From: Syntrophomonadaceae bacterium
GTDB taxonomy: Bacteria; Bacillota; Dethiobacteria; DTU022; UBA8154
Assembly (NCBI GenBank): GCA_003563895.1
Contig: PWTK01000007.1
Location: forward strand, 1-55,086
Reading direction: 5' to 3'
DNA: 55,086 nucleotides
The notes beneath the pieces were generated by a model that worked only from the letters and a program-made list of their open reading frames with translations, was not told the origin of the DNA and did no database searches. Position 1 is the first letter of the stretch; each line of letters begins with the position of its first letter. Shown here in pieces: positions 18,380 through 28,133 of this stretch. The translations under genes and the position numbers were made by a program.

Positions 18380-19615
18380 GTGTTTGATTACATCCTGAGT
18401 GAAGAACAGGAAAAAATTCAGCAGGAAGCCCGGGATTTTGCCGTGTCCATTGACTCCCAGCTCATCCTGGACATGGACGCGGACAAAGTGCGCTATCCCA
18501 AGGGGTACCTGGAGGAAGCCGGAAAAAGGAACCTGCTGGGCCTCCGCTTCCCCGAAAAGCACGGCGGCAGGAACCTGGGCTGGGCCGAAGAGGTGGTCGC
18601 CCTGCAGGAAATCGGCACGCTGGGCACCTCCCTGTGGTGCCTCTATTCCCTGGTGAGCATCGTCGGAGAAGCCATCAACCTTTTCGGAACCGAAGAGCAG
18701 AAGGAAAAGTACCTCAAGCCCACCGTCGAAGGGAAACTGGCCACCGCCGAAGGGCTGACGGAGCCGCGCGGCGGTTCGGACTTTTTCGGGGCCACCACCC
18801 GTGCCGAGAAAAAGGGCGACAAATACGTGCTCAACGGCCAGAAGCGCTTCATCGTGGGGGCGGAAGGCGCCGATTACTTCATGGTCTATGCCCGCACAGA
18901 CCCCGAAGCGCCGCCGCACAAGGGAATCAGCGCTTTTCTCGTGGACCGCGTCCCCGGCGTGGAAGTAAAACACATTTACGGGCTGATGGGCACCCGGGGC
19001 GGGGGAACAGGCCGGGTTGTTTTCAAAGACGCCGAAGTGCCCGAGGAAAACCTCATCGGGAAACTGAACGGGGCGGCCGAGATCTTTTACCAGATGATGG
19101 TCCCCGAGCGGATGACCAGCGCGGGCGGGGCGCTGGGCATGGCCCGGGCCGCCCTGGAAGTGGCCGCCCGCTACAGCACGAAGCGCAAGGCCTTTGGGCG
19201 CAAAATCAAGGATTTCCAGGCGGTCAGTTTCAAGATCGCCGAGAGCATGACCCAACTGGACGCCGCCAAAACCCTCGTCTTCAACACGGCACAGGCCATC
19301 GACAAAGGTGTGGACTCTTCCGTCCAGCGCCGCCTGGTCTCCGAATCCAAGAAGTACGCCACCGAAACGGCATGGGATGTGGTCAACCACGCCATGCAGG
19401 TGATGGGCGGCATCGGCTACACCAACGTCTACCCCATCGAGCGCATGCTGCGCGACGTGCGGCTCATCACCATCTGGACGGGCACCAACGAGATCATGAA
19501 CCTCATAATCCAGCACGAGTTTTACCGGGAGTTCACCACTACCTACTCCACCGGCCGAAACATCGAACCCGATGCGGCCGAAGCGGAAAAAGAGGAAGAA
19601 AAAGTCTACGAATGA
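18380..19615 (+). CDS. Acyl-CoA dehydrogenase
   Basis: [22 protein letters not shown]...[17 protein letters not shown]. Confidence 0.93.
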   Translation: MFDYILSEEQEKIQQEARDFAVSIDSQLILDMDADKVRYPKGYLEEAGKRNLLGLRFPEKHGGRNLGWAEEVVALQEIGTLGTSLWCLYSLVSIVGEAINLFGTEEQKEKYLKPTVEGKLATAEGLTEPRGGSDFFGATTRAEKKGDKYVLNGQKRFIVGAEGADYFMVYARTDPEAPPHKGISAFLVDRVPGVEVKHIYGLMGTRGGGTGRVVFKDAEVPEENLIGKLNGAAEIFYQMMVPERMTSAGGALGMARAALEVAARYSTKRKAFGRKIKDFQAVSFKIAESMTQLDAAKTLVFNTAQAIDKGVDSSVQRRLVSESKKYATETAWDVVNHAMQVMGGIGYTNVYPIERMLRDVRLITIWTGTNEIMNLIIQHEFYREFTTTYSTGRNIEPDAAEAEKEEEKVYE

Positions 19616-19885
19616 CCGTGCGCCGTTGTTTGGAAAGGCGGGCAGGGGAGCATTACTACCCGATCCACTTAGCCGGCCGGGCAAACACGGATCACGCCCC
19701 ATACGACCGGCAAAATGTGACAGTTTCAAGCGTGAGGGGGGGACAAGAACCGCCACCTCCTGCCTGGGATTCGCTGACAGGAACGCTCGAACCGTCACTT
19801 TTTACCTTGTTCCCTTCCCAGGGGAGCTTTCATGCCCCGCAAACCCGCGTAATTGGCGCGGGGAGGGCGGAGCGGGAACAACCGC

Positions 19886-20998
19886 TCAACGCCCTGAGGG
19901 CCTCAAGCTGTCCAGCACTTCCTGCGACGGCTTGTTGGGTATTTCAGCCACCTTTTCCCCGTTGTACGTGAAGAGCTGGCGGTCTTCGGCGGTGATTTCG
20001 CCGATGACGGCGGCGGGTGCTTCCTGCGCTTGGAGAACCTCCAGCACCTCGTCCACGTCGTCCGGCGGAACCTGGAACAGCATCCGGCCCTGCGTCTCGC
20101 AGATCAAAATCTCCTCCGGGGTGAGATCTTCCGCTTTGACGGGAGCGGCGGAAAGCTCCACCCTGGCCCCCAGCCCTCCGTAGCGGGCCGATTCGCAAAC
20201 CGCCGCCCCGATGCCTGCCGCTCCCAGGTCTGAACAGGCGCGGATCTTGCCCGTTTTAAATGCAGCCAGCGAGGCCTCCATGGCCTGCTTCTCCTCTTCA
20301 AAGAGGGCCTCGGCGGGGATCATCTCCGATACCAGCCCGGCCCGGTAGAGGGTGTCGTTGCCGTCCCTGCCGGTTTTGCCGAGGATGATAATCCTGTCCC
20401 CGGCAGCCTTGGCCGGCTTGGTCAGCGGCTTTTGGGTCACCAGCTTGCCGAAGACCGACACCACGATGGCCGGGACAATGTCGCTGAAGGAAGTGGAAAG
20501 GCCCCCGCCGACAATAAAGACGCCCATCGCCCTGCACATGTCCTTGATCCCCTGCATGATCAAGTCCAGCCGATTCTTGCTGGTCATCACCTTGCAGTTT
20601 CCGCAGGTGCATTCGCCGGCAAAGCCGCACGGCCCCACCAGGACCTCCTGTTCCAGCGGCCGCGTGCCCACAAAATCCAGCAGGAAAAGCGGCCTGCCTC
20701 CCATGGCCACCACATCCCGCATGGCACCTCCAGCCCCGGTAGCCGCAGCATCATAGGGGCGGGGAACGGCGGGGGAACAGTGGCTTTCCTGCTTGGCTAC
20801 GAAACCCCCCTCCACACCGGGAACCTGGAACACGGCCGCGTCATCGTCATCATGCGGCCCCACGATCAATGCCCCCGGCCACTGTTCGGCAACATTTTCA
20901 TTGAGCTCCTTGAGGGCACCAAAATCGATGGCCTGGTCGATATTGTGGTGCAGGTGAACAAAAAGCCCGTGCATCAACGCCCTTTCAACCTTGTTCAT
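19886..20998 (-). CDS. PurL-like AIR-synthase-related protein (single PurM-like unit, ~370 aa)
   Basis: DDAAV, KQESHCSP..PYDAAATGAGG..RDVVAMGGRP, GKTGRDG, SDLGAAG, EILICETQGRM match the N-terminal half of PurL. Start ATG 20998 after SD GAGGAGG. Confidence 0.8.
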   Translation of the reverse strand: MNKVERALMHGLFVHLHHNIDQAIDFGALKELNENVAEQWPGALIVGPHDDDDAAVFQVPGVEGGFVAKQESHCSPAVPRPYDAAATGAGGAMRDVVAMGGRPLFLLDFVGTRPLEQEVLVGPCGFAGECTCGNCKVMTSKNRLDLIMQGIKDMCRAMGVFIVGGGLSTSFSDIVPAIVVSVFGKLVTQKPLTKPAKAAGDRIIILGKTGRDGNDTLYRAGLVSEMIPAEALFEEEKQAMEASLAAFKTGKIRACSDLGAAGIGAAVCESARYGGLGARVELSAAPVKAEDLTPEEILICETQGRMLFQVPPDDVDEVLEVLQAQEAPAAVIGEITAEDRQLFTYNGEKVAEIPNKPSQEVLDSLRPSGR

Positions 20999-21528
20999 TC
21001 CAGCGCCTCCTCGCATATCGAGTTTTAAAAAGCAAATATCTCTCAAATTTGCCCGCATTCCCGGCCCGCGCTTCCCAAGAAAAACCCCTGAGGCGGCCGG
21101 GCAAACTTCTTTGAGGCCCGCCTGGATCCCGCATTTTGTTCGCGCATGACCTCGCTACTATTTGTTCGCGCTGGAAGGCCTGATTCCCTCCACCTGATTT
21201 CAACTCATGGAGATCCCCCAGGGCTGCAGGGCCACCTTTTCGCCTCCCTACGGACGGGTAAAAAGAAGAGGGCGAGAAAACAAAATAAAAAAACCTCTTG
21301 CTTTGCAGTTATCTTTCACGGGAAGGCACAGGGGAGAAAAAATGGAGGGAGGATCCCTGCGGTAAGATGTGGAATACCTATCTTAATTCTTCATACTTTT
21401 TGCGCCCCTCTGCACCAAACCCGTCATTTTTCGCCAAGCCCGTCAACCGGCCGCAGGGGGAGTAAACGCGTTTTTTTTCACTGCAATGCGCCAGGCCAAT
21501 TTCGACAAGCCGCGGGGGGAGGGATCCC

Positions 21529-21741
21529 GTGTTTTTCAAATTCGGCTTTAAAAACAAGACCGTGAAAGAGCTCCGCAAAAACCAGGGCCTGACGGTTCAA
21601 GAGCTGGCCCTGCAGCTGCGCGTAAAACCCAGCCTGATCCATAAAATCGACCAAAAAAGGATCAGGGACGTGCCGGAGCCCCTGCAATCCAGGATAACCC
21701 CCGTTCTGCGGGGAGAGGGCAAAAAAGCGCCCCGGCTTTGA
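21529..21741 (+). CDS. Small XRE-type helix-turn-helix protein
   Basis: VKELRKNQGLTVQELALQLRVKPSLIHKID; SD GGGGGAGG. Confidence 0.75.
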   Translation: MFFKFGFKNKTVKELRKNQGLTVQELALQLRVKPSLIHKIDQKRIRDVPEPLQSRITPVLRGEGKKAPRL

Positions 21742-22229
21742 AAAAACAGGGACAAAACGGCTGCATCTTCTGCCTTGGCCTGAAAAAAGAAGGCATGTGC
21801 TGCTTAAGCCCCAAACCGGGGGAGGCAAGCCAGCCGGGCGGTTTTCTTTTCGCGCCTGGACTCCGCACCTGGCCGGAGAGGTCGATTCCTTTTTGCCAAC
21901 CTTCCGCCGCCCTTCCGGAGATGCGTCAGCCGGCCCCGCGGCAGCGCTCCTTGTTGTTTACTCCGCATGGCTTTCTGAAAAAGCTTGCTCCCCTTTCCGC
22001 CCATCCAGGCTGAGGCGACATGCCAAGTGCGGCCAAAACAGAATCCTCCTTTGAATTTTGGCCGGGCATTTTTTCGCCGGTGGGAAAAGGGTTATCCCGC
22101 TGCAAAGCGAAATAATTAACGGATCAAACAGCGCACCATTCAGGCCGGCGTCACATCAATACATAAAGAAAGGAGGGCACGCCGGGGCAAATGCCCTGCA
22201 CAGCACAACCCCCGGCGCTGCTGCCCTGC

Positions 22230-23093
22230 ATGACCATTACGGAAGCCCTGGTGCTCGGAATTATACAAGGCATATTCATGTTTTTACCGGTCAGCTCCAC
22301 CAGCCACCTGGTGCTCATGCAGCACTGGTTGATCCGCCACGGGTCCTCCCTTCCCGCGCCCGACTGCCCCGAAATGATCCTGTTCGACCTGGTCGTCCAC
22401 GTCGGCACCCTGGTCTCCATCGCCATTGTTTTCCGCCGCAGCCTGCAGACCCTCCTGCGCAACCTGGGCAGGGACCTGTCGCTTTTTGTGCGGCGGAAAA
22501 ACGGGTTCGGCGAGCTGCTCTACCTCCGCCTCGGAGCGCTCGGCCTGTTAGCGGTCGTCATCACGGGAGCCCTGGGGCTCCCGCTCAAAGCAACTTTTGA
22601 GCAGGCCTTCGCGCAACCCATAATCCTCAGCGCCACGCTCACTATCACCGGCTTGCTGCTCTACTCTACCGATAGGGTCGGGCCGCGCAAGAAGGGCCTG
22701 CGAAATATTACGCCAAAGGTGGCTGCCGCCATCGGGGCCGCCCAAGGGCTGGCACTTCTGCCGGGGATCAGCCGCAGCGGAACCACCATTGCCTTTGCCC
22801 TCCTGTCCGGCCTGAAGCGGCGCTGGGCCGCAGAATTCAGCTTCTTCATCGCTTTTCCCACCATCCTGGCCGCCGCGGTTTTCCAGGCAAGCCAGGTCCA
22901 GAACATGGGAGGGGCCATAAACGTCGGGCTGGTAGAGCTGGCCGTGGGATTTGTGGTTGCTGCCCTGGTGGGCATCGGGGCCCTGCACCTGGTGCTCAAG
23001 CTGCTATACAGGGCCAGGTTCCGCTTTTTTTCCTATTATGTCTGGACGTTGGCCGTCGTCGTCCTGTTCTGCACCCTCTACGGCATCTTTTAG
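22230..23093 (+). CDS. uppP: Undecaprenyl-diphosphate phosphatase
   Basis: GIIQG..FLPVSSTSHL, HVGTL, QGLALLPGISRSGTT, AAEFSF. Confidence 0.9.
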   Translation: MTITEALVLGIIQGIFMFLPVSSTSHLVLMQHWLIRHGSSLPAPDCPEMILFDLVVHVGTLVSIAIVFRRSLQTLLRNLGRDLSLFVRRKNGFGELLYLRLGALGLLAVVITGALGLPLKATFEQAFAQPIILSATLTITGLLLYSTDRVGPRKKGLRNITPKVAAAIGAAQGLALLPGISRSGTTIAFALLSGLKRRWAAEFSFFIAFPTILAAAVFQASQVQNMGGAINVGLVELAVGFVVAALVGIGALHLVLKLLYRARFRFFSYYVWTLAVVVLFCTLYGIF

Positions 23094-23379
23094 CGCGATA
23101 TCGGGCCGGCCGGTGCCAAATTTTTTTACCGGCATCCCCTTCCCAAACATTTTTTAAATCCGCCGGAAAGAAAAAAACCGCCCCCTCCCTCAGCGCATCG
23201 CTTCCAACCCGAAGCCTTGCGCATTACGGGAAACATTCACCGCCCCTCTGCCCAAACCCGCCCGCAGTTTATAAAAAGTTTATTGTCCATTTACACGCCA
23301 TTTGCACATTGCTGCCTTTTTTCTGTTACCATGCTGGATGTAAACGATAAAAGAAATTCATGAAAGGAGGGACTGAAAA

Positions 23380-23616
23380 GTGCGGAGAAACAAAAAGACC
23401 CTGGCGCTGCTCCTGTCGCTGATGCTGGTTGCCGCAGCCGCCTTTGGGGCCGTCGGTTGTGACCCGCCCCCCGCTGAGGAGCCGCCGCCCCCCAATGATG
23501 AACCGGAAGACATTCCCGAACCCGAAGAGGAACCGGAGGAGATCCCCGAAGAACCTGAAAACGACGAGATGGAAGAGCTGGAAGAACAATTGGAAGAGGA
23601 GCTGGAAGAGAACTAA
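23380..23616 (+). CDS. Small acidic Pro/Glu-rich lipoprotein
   Basis: Signal peptide with lipobox AVGC, then a disordered P/E-rich chain; SD AAAGGAGG. Confidence 0.8.
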   Translation: MRRNKKTLALLLSLMLVAAAAFGAVGCDPPPAEEPPPPNDEPEDIPEPEEEPEEIPEEPENDEMEELEEQLEEELEEN

Positions 23617-23712
23617 AGGCCTGGAGCAAGACTTATTAAAAGCACCGGCCAACACTGCTCACAGTCTGGAACTCCAAACCGCCTGAAGTTCTTTTTCAGG
23701 AAATCCGGAATC

Positions 23713-23748
23713 AAAAGCCCTGCCCCCATTTTACCGGGCAGGGCTTTT
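23713..23748. terminator. Bidirectional intrinsic terminator
   Basis: AAAAGCCCTGCCC/GGGCAGGGCTTTT between convergent genes. Confidence 0.8.
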
Positions 23749-23860
23749 TGTGCTCCATTATCCTATCTCAGCCGCACCACCGGCTCCCCGGCATTCCCCG
23801 AGAACCGGTCCCTCGAATTTACCGCTATATATTGCGCGTTCCACTACGGGTTTTTCCCCT

Positions 23861-25285
23861 TCAGGAGAGAATGCCGAGGGCCCGCCAGTACCAAACAGAG
23901 GGAAAAATTGCCAGGTAGACGGCCAGCAGGTAACCGAGCCCATAGAATAACAGGTGGCGCTCCGACCAGGCATACCCCTTGAGGAGCTGGTTCGAGATGA
24001 TGGCAAAAGGCGACATGTAGTGCGTGATGGTGAAACACTGGATGATCCCGCTCACCATGCAGAGGACGAGGGGGTGGATGCCGAGCTCTGCCAGCCGCGG
24101 CGCAAAGGACATCATCACGGCCACGGTGGGGAGCCCGAACACCACGTCTATGAAGCGGTTCAGCAGAACCAAGGAAATGAGCACGAAAAGAAACAGGTAA
24201 ATGTTGAACGCAAAGCCGCTCACCACCGGCAGCAAGATATCCGCCAGCAGGTCGGTAAAGCCAATGGCATCAAAAACCGGAGGGAGCCCCATAATGGCGC
24301 CGATGAGGATAACCACGTCCCAGTTGATCCCCTCGGAAAAAGCGCCGGCGGTGAGCACGCCAAAGACGAACAGCAAAAACAGGGCCGCAGCGGTGATGGT
24401 CACGGCCTCCACCCCGTGGAGGGGGGTGGTCAAGTAACCCAAGAAGCAGGCCCCCAGGATCAGCGCGCAGCGCACTTCCCCGCGGGAGGGCAGCGGCAGT
24501 TCCTCCTCTGCTTCCAGGCAGGAGATCCCGTTTCCCAGGCGGGCGGGCCGGAAAATCATAAAAAGGTAGACCAGGATGAGGGCCGTGATCACCAACCAGG
24601 GCACCACCAGGGCCCTGGAATAGGTGAACCAATCCAGTCCCTCGCGCAGCTCGGCGGACAGAAGCCCCATGTTTATCGGACCGGCCAGGCTGCCCGTAAG
24701 CCAGCCGTTCCCGGGAACCATGATGGCCGTAAAAGCCACCAGGGCCAGAAAAGCAGATTCTTGCGACTGCTTCCTGAGCCCCAGCATGGTAATGATGTTG
24801 TAGACCAGGGGCATGATGAGGGCCATGCGGACCGTTATGGAAGGCGTCAGCAGGGAAAAAACGATCCCGATCAGCACCAGCGCCAGCGAAACGTGAACGA
24901 CGCTCCCGCCACACCTTCGCAGCACCAGCACCGTTATTCTCCTGCCCAGCCCGGTCGCCTGGATGGCATAGCCGAACAGGAACGCCGGGATAATGATCCA
25001 GACGGCCGATGACGTGAAACCGGCAAAAACTTTTTCATAGGGGAGGTTGCCCAGGAGAAGCAGCCCCATCATCAGGATCCCGGCAACCCCCCGTGGAAGC
25101 CTCCGCGGGTAAAAGATCCAGCAGGCCAGGGTAAAAAAAATCACCGCCAGCGCCCAGTGCGCCTGCCCGTCCAGGGCCGCCATGGGCTGCAGTATGTAAA
25201 AGGGCCCGAAGGCGGCTGCCGCAAAAACCGCCAAAAAGACCCATTTCAAAAGTTCCGTTCCCTTCCCCAAGCGCTCCACAGTCAA
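23861..25285 (-). CDS. SLC13/DASS-family anion permease
   Basis: Multi-TM, TGLGRRI, TPSITVR, INWDVV. Confidence 0.8.
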   Translation of the reverse strand: MTVERLGKGTELLKWVFLAVFAAAAFGPFYILQPMAALDGQAHWALAVIFFTLACWIFYPRRLPRGVAGILMMGLLLLGNLPYEKVFAGFTSSAVWIIIPAFLFGYAIQATGLGRRITVLVLRRCGGSVVHVSLALVLIGIVFSLLTPSITVRMALIMPLVYNIITMLGLRKQSQESAFLALVAFTAIMVPGNGWLTGSLAGPINMGLLSAELREGLDWFTYSRALVVPWLVITALILVYLFMIFRPARLGNGISCLEAEEELPLPSRGEVRCALILGACFLGYLTTPLHGVEAVTITAAALFLLFVFGVLTAGAFSEGINWDVVILIGAIMGLPPVFDAIGFTDLLADILLPVVSGFAFNIYLFLFVLISLVLLNRFIDVVFGLPTVAVMMSFAPRLAELGIHPLVLCMVSGIIQCFTITHYMSPFAIISNQLLKGYAWSERHLLFYGLGYLLAVYLAIFPSVWYWRALGILS

Positions 25286-25518
25286 GCCGCTTCACCCGCC
25301 TTTTTTCTCCGCGGCGAGACAGGCCGCCTGCATCTGCCGTTGCCGTCCCTTCCGGGATCGGGTATAATGGAAATCCCCACCATACCCGAAAAAACAAGTT
25401 GTCACTAAAATTCTCCCGAGAATCGGAAAACCCTGCCGGGTTTTCCCCCAGCTGGCCCGAAAGCCTATTTTTGCCCGGGCACGTTACAATTTGTATCTTA
25501 CGGAGCTGTGTTTGAGTT

Positions 25519-26010
25519 ATGGACACCCTGTCCCACGCCATTTGGGGAGCGATCTTCTTTGGCCGCAACGGGAAAAAAAGATACCGGGGCTACATCTGGG
25601 CCGTTTTCTTCGGGGTCCTCCCCGATGCCCTCCCCTTTACGGCTTTTATGCTGCTCCTGCTCTCCGGCGAGATCGGCCTCGCCACATCCCCCTGGGAGCT
25701 GCCGGAAGTGGTGGTAAGCTACAGGGTCGGGCACAGCTTCGTAACCGCCGGCGCTGCCCTGGCGGCAATTCTCCGTTTTTACCGGGCGCTCTTCATCCCC
25801 TTCCTGGCCTGGCCGCTGCACATCGTCATGGACATCTTCACCCACACCGAAGACCACGTGCCCACGTTGTTTTTGTATCCCCTGAGCGATATTCACCTTT
25901 CTTTTGTCTACTGGAGAGAAGAACCCCTTGTGGTCGTCGTCAACTATATCGCCATCGCCCTGGTGATTTATTTCCTGCTGCGCATACGGGGGTTCCCGGG
26001 CCGCCGTTAA
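25519..26010 (+). CDS. Membrane-bound metal-dependent hydrolase (YdjM-like)
   Basis: MDTLSH, LPD, GHS, HIVMD motifs. Confidence 0.75.
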   Translation: MDTLSHAIWGAIFFGRNGKKRYRGYIWAVFFGVLPDALPFTAFMLLLLSGEIGLATSPWELPEVVVSYRVGHSFVTAGAALAAILRFYRALFIPFLAWPLHIVMDIFTHTEDHVPTLFLYPLSDIHLSFVYWREEPLVVVVNYIAIALVIYFLLRIRGFPGRR

Positions 26011-26053
26011 AAAAATTCCCGCCGGGGAGCAAATGAATCGCCCCCGGATTAAA

Positions 26054-26082
26054 AAAATGGGGAGCGCGGCTCTCCCCATTTT
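26054..26082. terminator. Bidirectional intrinsic terminator
   Basis: AAAATGGGGAG/CTCCCCATTTT between convergent genes. Confidence 0.75.
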
Positions 26083-26187
26083 AACCGGCAGGCAAAATGA
26101 CAGAAGGGGCAAACTCCGCCTTCTTCAGCGCCGGCGGGGGCGCAGCCCACGAGGAGCCGGGAGGCAACCCGCCCAAAGGCCCGGGCC

Positions 26188-26760
26188 TTACCCCCTCCTG
26201 CGCCCGTACGGCCTTTTGGCCCTGGGCTGGCCAAGCACCTCGGAAGCCACGATGCCCAGGGGGATCTTTTCCCCCGTGAAAAGGCCCTGAAGCTCCCTTT
26301 CAAATGAACCGGTATCTCTCACCGGCAGCCCTTTTTTTCTTTGGGCACGGGCAGGACGGGCTTCGGGGCCGGCGGCCCCGGGGGAAGGCGTGGGGGGAGG
26401 AGCGGGCTTTTTTCCCCTTTCGGCCGCCCGGCGCCGGGCGGCCGCCTGCCTTCGTTCTGCCTCCCGGTCGTAAGGGGCATAGCTTTCGCCCCGGTAATAA
26501 TCATCCCCGCTTACCCGGGGCCCTTCAGCAGAGGGGGCTTCCCGCCCCGTTGACGAACCCTCTTCGCGCCTTTCCCTTTCGGGCGCGTCTCGACCTGTCT
26601 CGATTTCACCCCTCAGCTGCTCCAGCAGATCGCGGAAGGTAGAGCTGCCGGGAGGGCGGGGGGCAGAAGGTCCGCCTTTTTTCCTCTCTTCGCCCCTGAA
26701 GTACCTGGAGAGCGAAGACAAAATGACCATGATGATAATAATCAAAAAAAGCAGGTCCAT
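26188..26760 (-). CDS. YqfB-like protein (third gene of nfeD-floA operon)
   Basis: N-terminal TM, low-complexity middle, C-terminal GIVASEVLGQPRA; position after floA. Confidence 0.7.
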   Translation of the reverse strand: MDLLFLIIIIMVILSSLSRYFRGEERKKGGPSAPRPPGSSTFRDLLEQLRGEIETGRDAPERERREEGSSTGREAPSAEGPRVSGDDYYRGESYAPYDREAERRQAAARRRAAERGKKPAPPPTPSPGAAGPEARPARAQRKKGLPVRDTGSFERELQGLFTGEKIPLGIVASEVLGQPRAKRPYGRRRG

Positions 26761-26950
26761 ATAGAAAACACCTCACCGGCTGAAAAAATCTCGAAATGCA
26801 GCGGGGAAAACTCCGCTCTTCAAATCCCGCAGCGCGCTGCAGCGCCGTTGTTGAAGCTTCCTTCCCGCGAGGACAAGAGCCGGCCTTGCCGGCAAGGCCT
26901 CATCCCTATAAACAGCGGGACCCTGCAGCACCAAACGTGCAGTCCCAGCG

Positions 26951-27952
26951 CTATTGGTCCTGTTGGCCTTCCTCCCTGCCGTCAGGACCCAGCTTGGAGA
27001 TGGAATCCCGCATCTGGGTGTCCGACTGGATGTTTTGCAGGTTGTAATAATCCATCACGCCCAGCTTGCCTTCCCGCAGAGCCTGGGCCATGGCCTTGGG
27101 CACTTCCGCTTCCGCTTCCACCACCTTGGCCCGCATCTCCTGGACGGAAGCCTTCATCTCCTGTTCCCGGGCCACCGCCATGGCCCGCCTCTCCTCGGCC
27201 TTGGCCTGGGCGATGCGCTTGTCGGCTTCGGCCTGGTCCGTCTGAAGCTGGGCCCCGATGTTTTTGCCCACATCCACATCGGCAATGTCGATGGAGAGGA
27301 TTTCAAAAGCCGTACCCGCATCCAACCCCTTTTTCAGCACGGTATGCGAGATGGCATCCGGGTTTTCCAGCACCTCTTTGTGGTTCTGGGCGGACCCGAT
27401 GGTGGAAACCATCCCTTCCCCTACGCGGGCGATAATGGTCTCTTCCCCGGCCCCTCCGACGAGACGCTCGATGTTGGCCCGAACTGTCACCCGGGCCCTG
27501 GCCTTCACCTCGATGCCGTCGCTGGCCACAGCAGCCACAACGGGCGTTTCAATCACCTTGGGGTTCACGCTCATCTGCACCGCCTTCAACACATCCCGCC
27601 CGGCCAGGTCGATGGCGGCCCCCCGCTCAAACCCCAGCTCGATATTCGCCCGCTGGGCGGCGATCAGGGCATCGACCACGTTGTCCACATTTCCCCCGGC
27701 CAGGTAATGACCCTCCAGCTTGTTCACGTTCAGATCCAGCCCCGCCTTGGTGGCCTTGATCAGAGGCTCCACCACCTTGGCCGGGACCACCCGCCGCAGC
27801 CTCATCCCGATCAGGGTAACGATCCCCACGCGCACCCCGGCAGCCAGGGCGGCAATCCACAGCCTCAAAGGAATAAAGCTGAACAGTACCGAAAAACCGA
27901 TAACGATAACAACGATCAACACTAAAAAGGGCAACAGTTCGGCCAAAATCAT
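26951..27952 (-). CDS. floA: Flotillin-like protein FloA (YqfA)
   Basis: [46 protein letters not shown]. Confidence 0.95.
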   Translation of the reverse strand: MILAELLPFLVLIVVIVIGFSVLFSFIPLRLWIAALAAGVRVGIVTLIGMRLRRVVPAKVVEPLIKATKAGLDLNVNKLEGHYLAGGNVDNVVDALIAAQRANIELGFERGAAIDLAGRDVLKAVQMSVNPKVIETPVVAAVASDGIEVKARARVTVRANIERLVGGAGEETIIARVGEGMVSTIGSAQNHKEVLENPDAISHTVLKKGLDAGTAFEILSIDIADVDVGKNIGAQLQTDQAEADKRIAQAKAEERRAMAVAREQEMKASVQEMRAKVVEAEAEVPKAMAQALREGKLGVMDYYNLQNIQSDTQMRDSISKLGPDGREEGQQDQ

Positions 27953-28133
27953 TCTCCTTTCCTCGCCTTAAATATTTCACCCATTCCTTCAACCCGGTTC
28001 TGTAAAACATAATTGCGGTGCCTTATTATCTTGCCCAAAAAGTTTATCATTCTGCCTGGTGGTCGTTGTTTCCGGTGAATTACATTGGCTGCTTGCTGTA
28101 TATGTGTGAAGGAACACCCGGATTGCACCGCCT

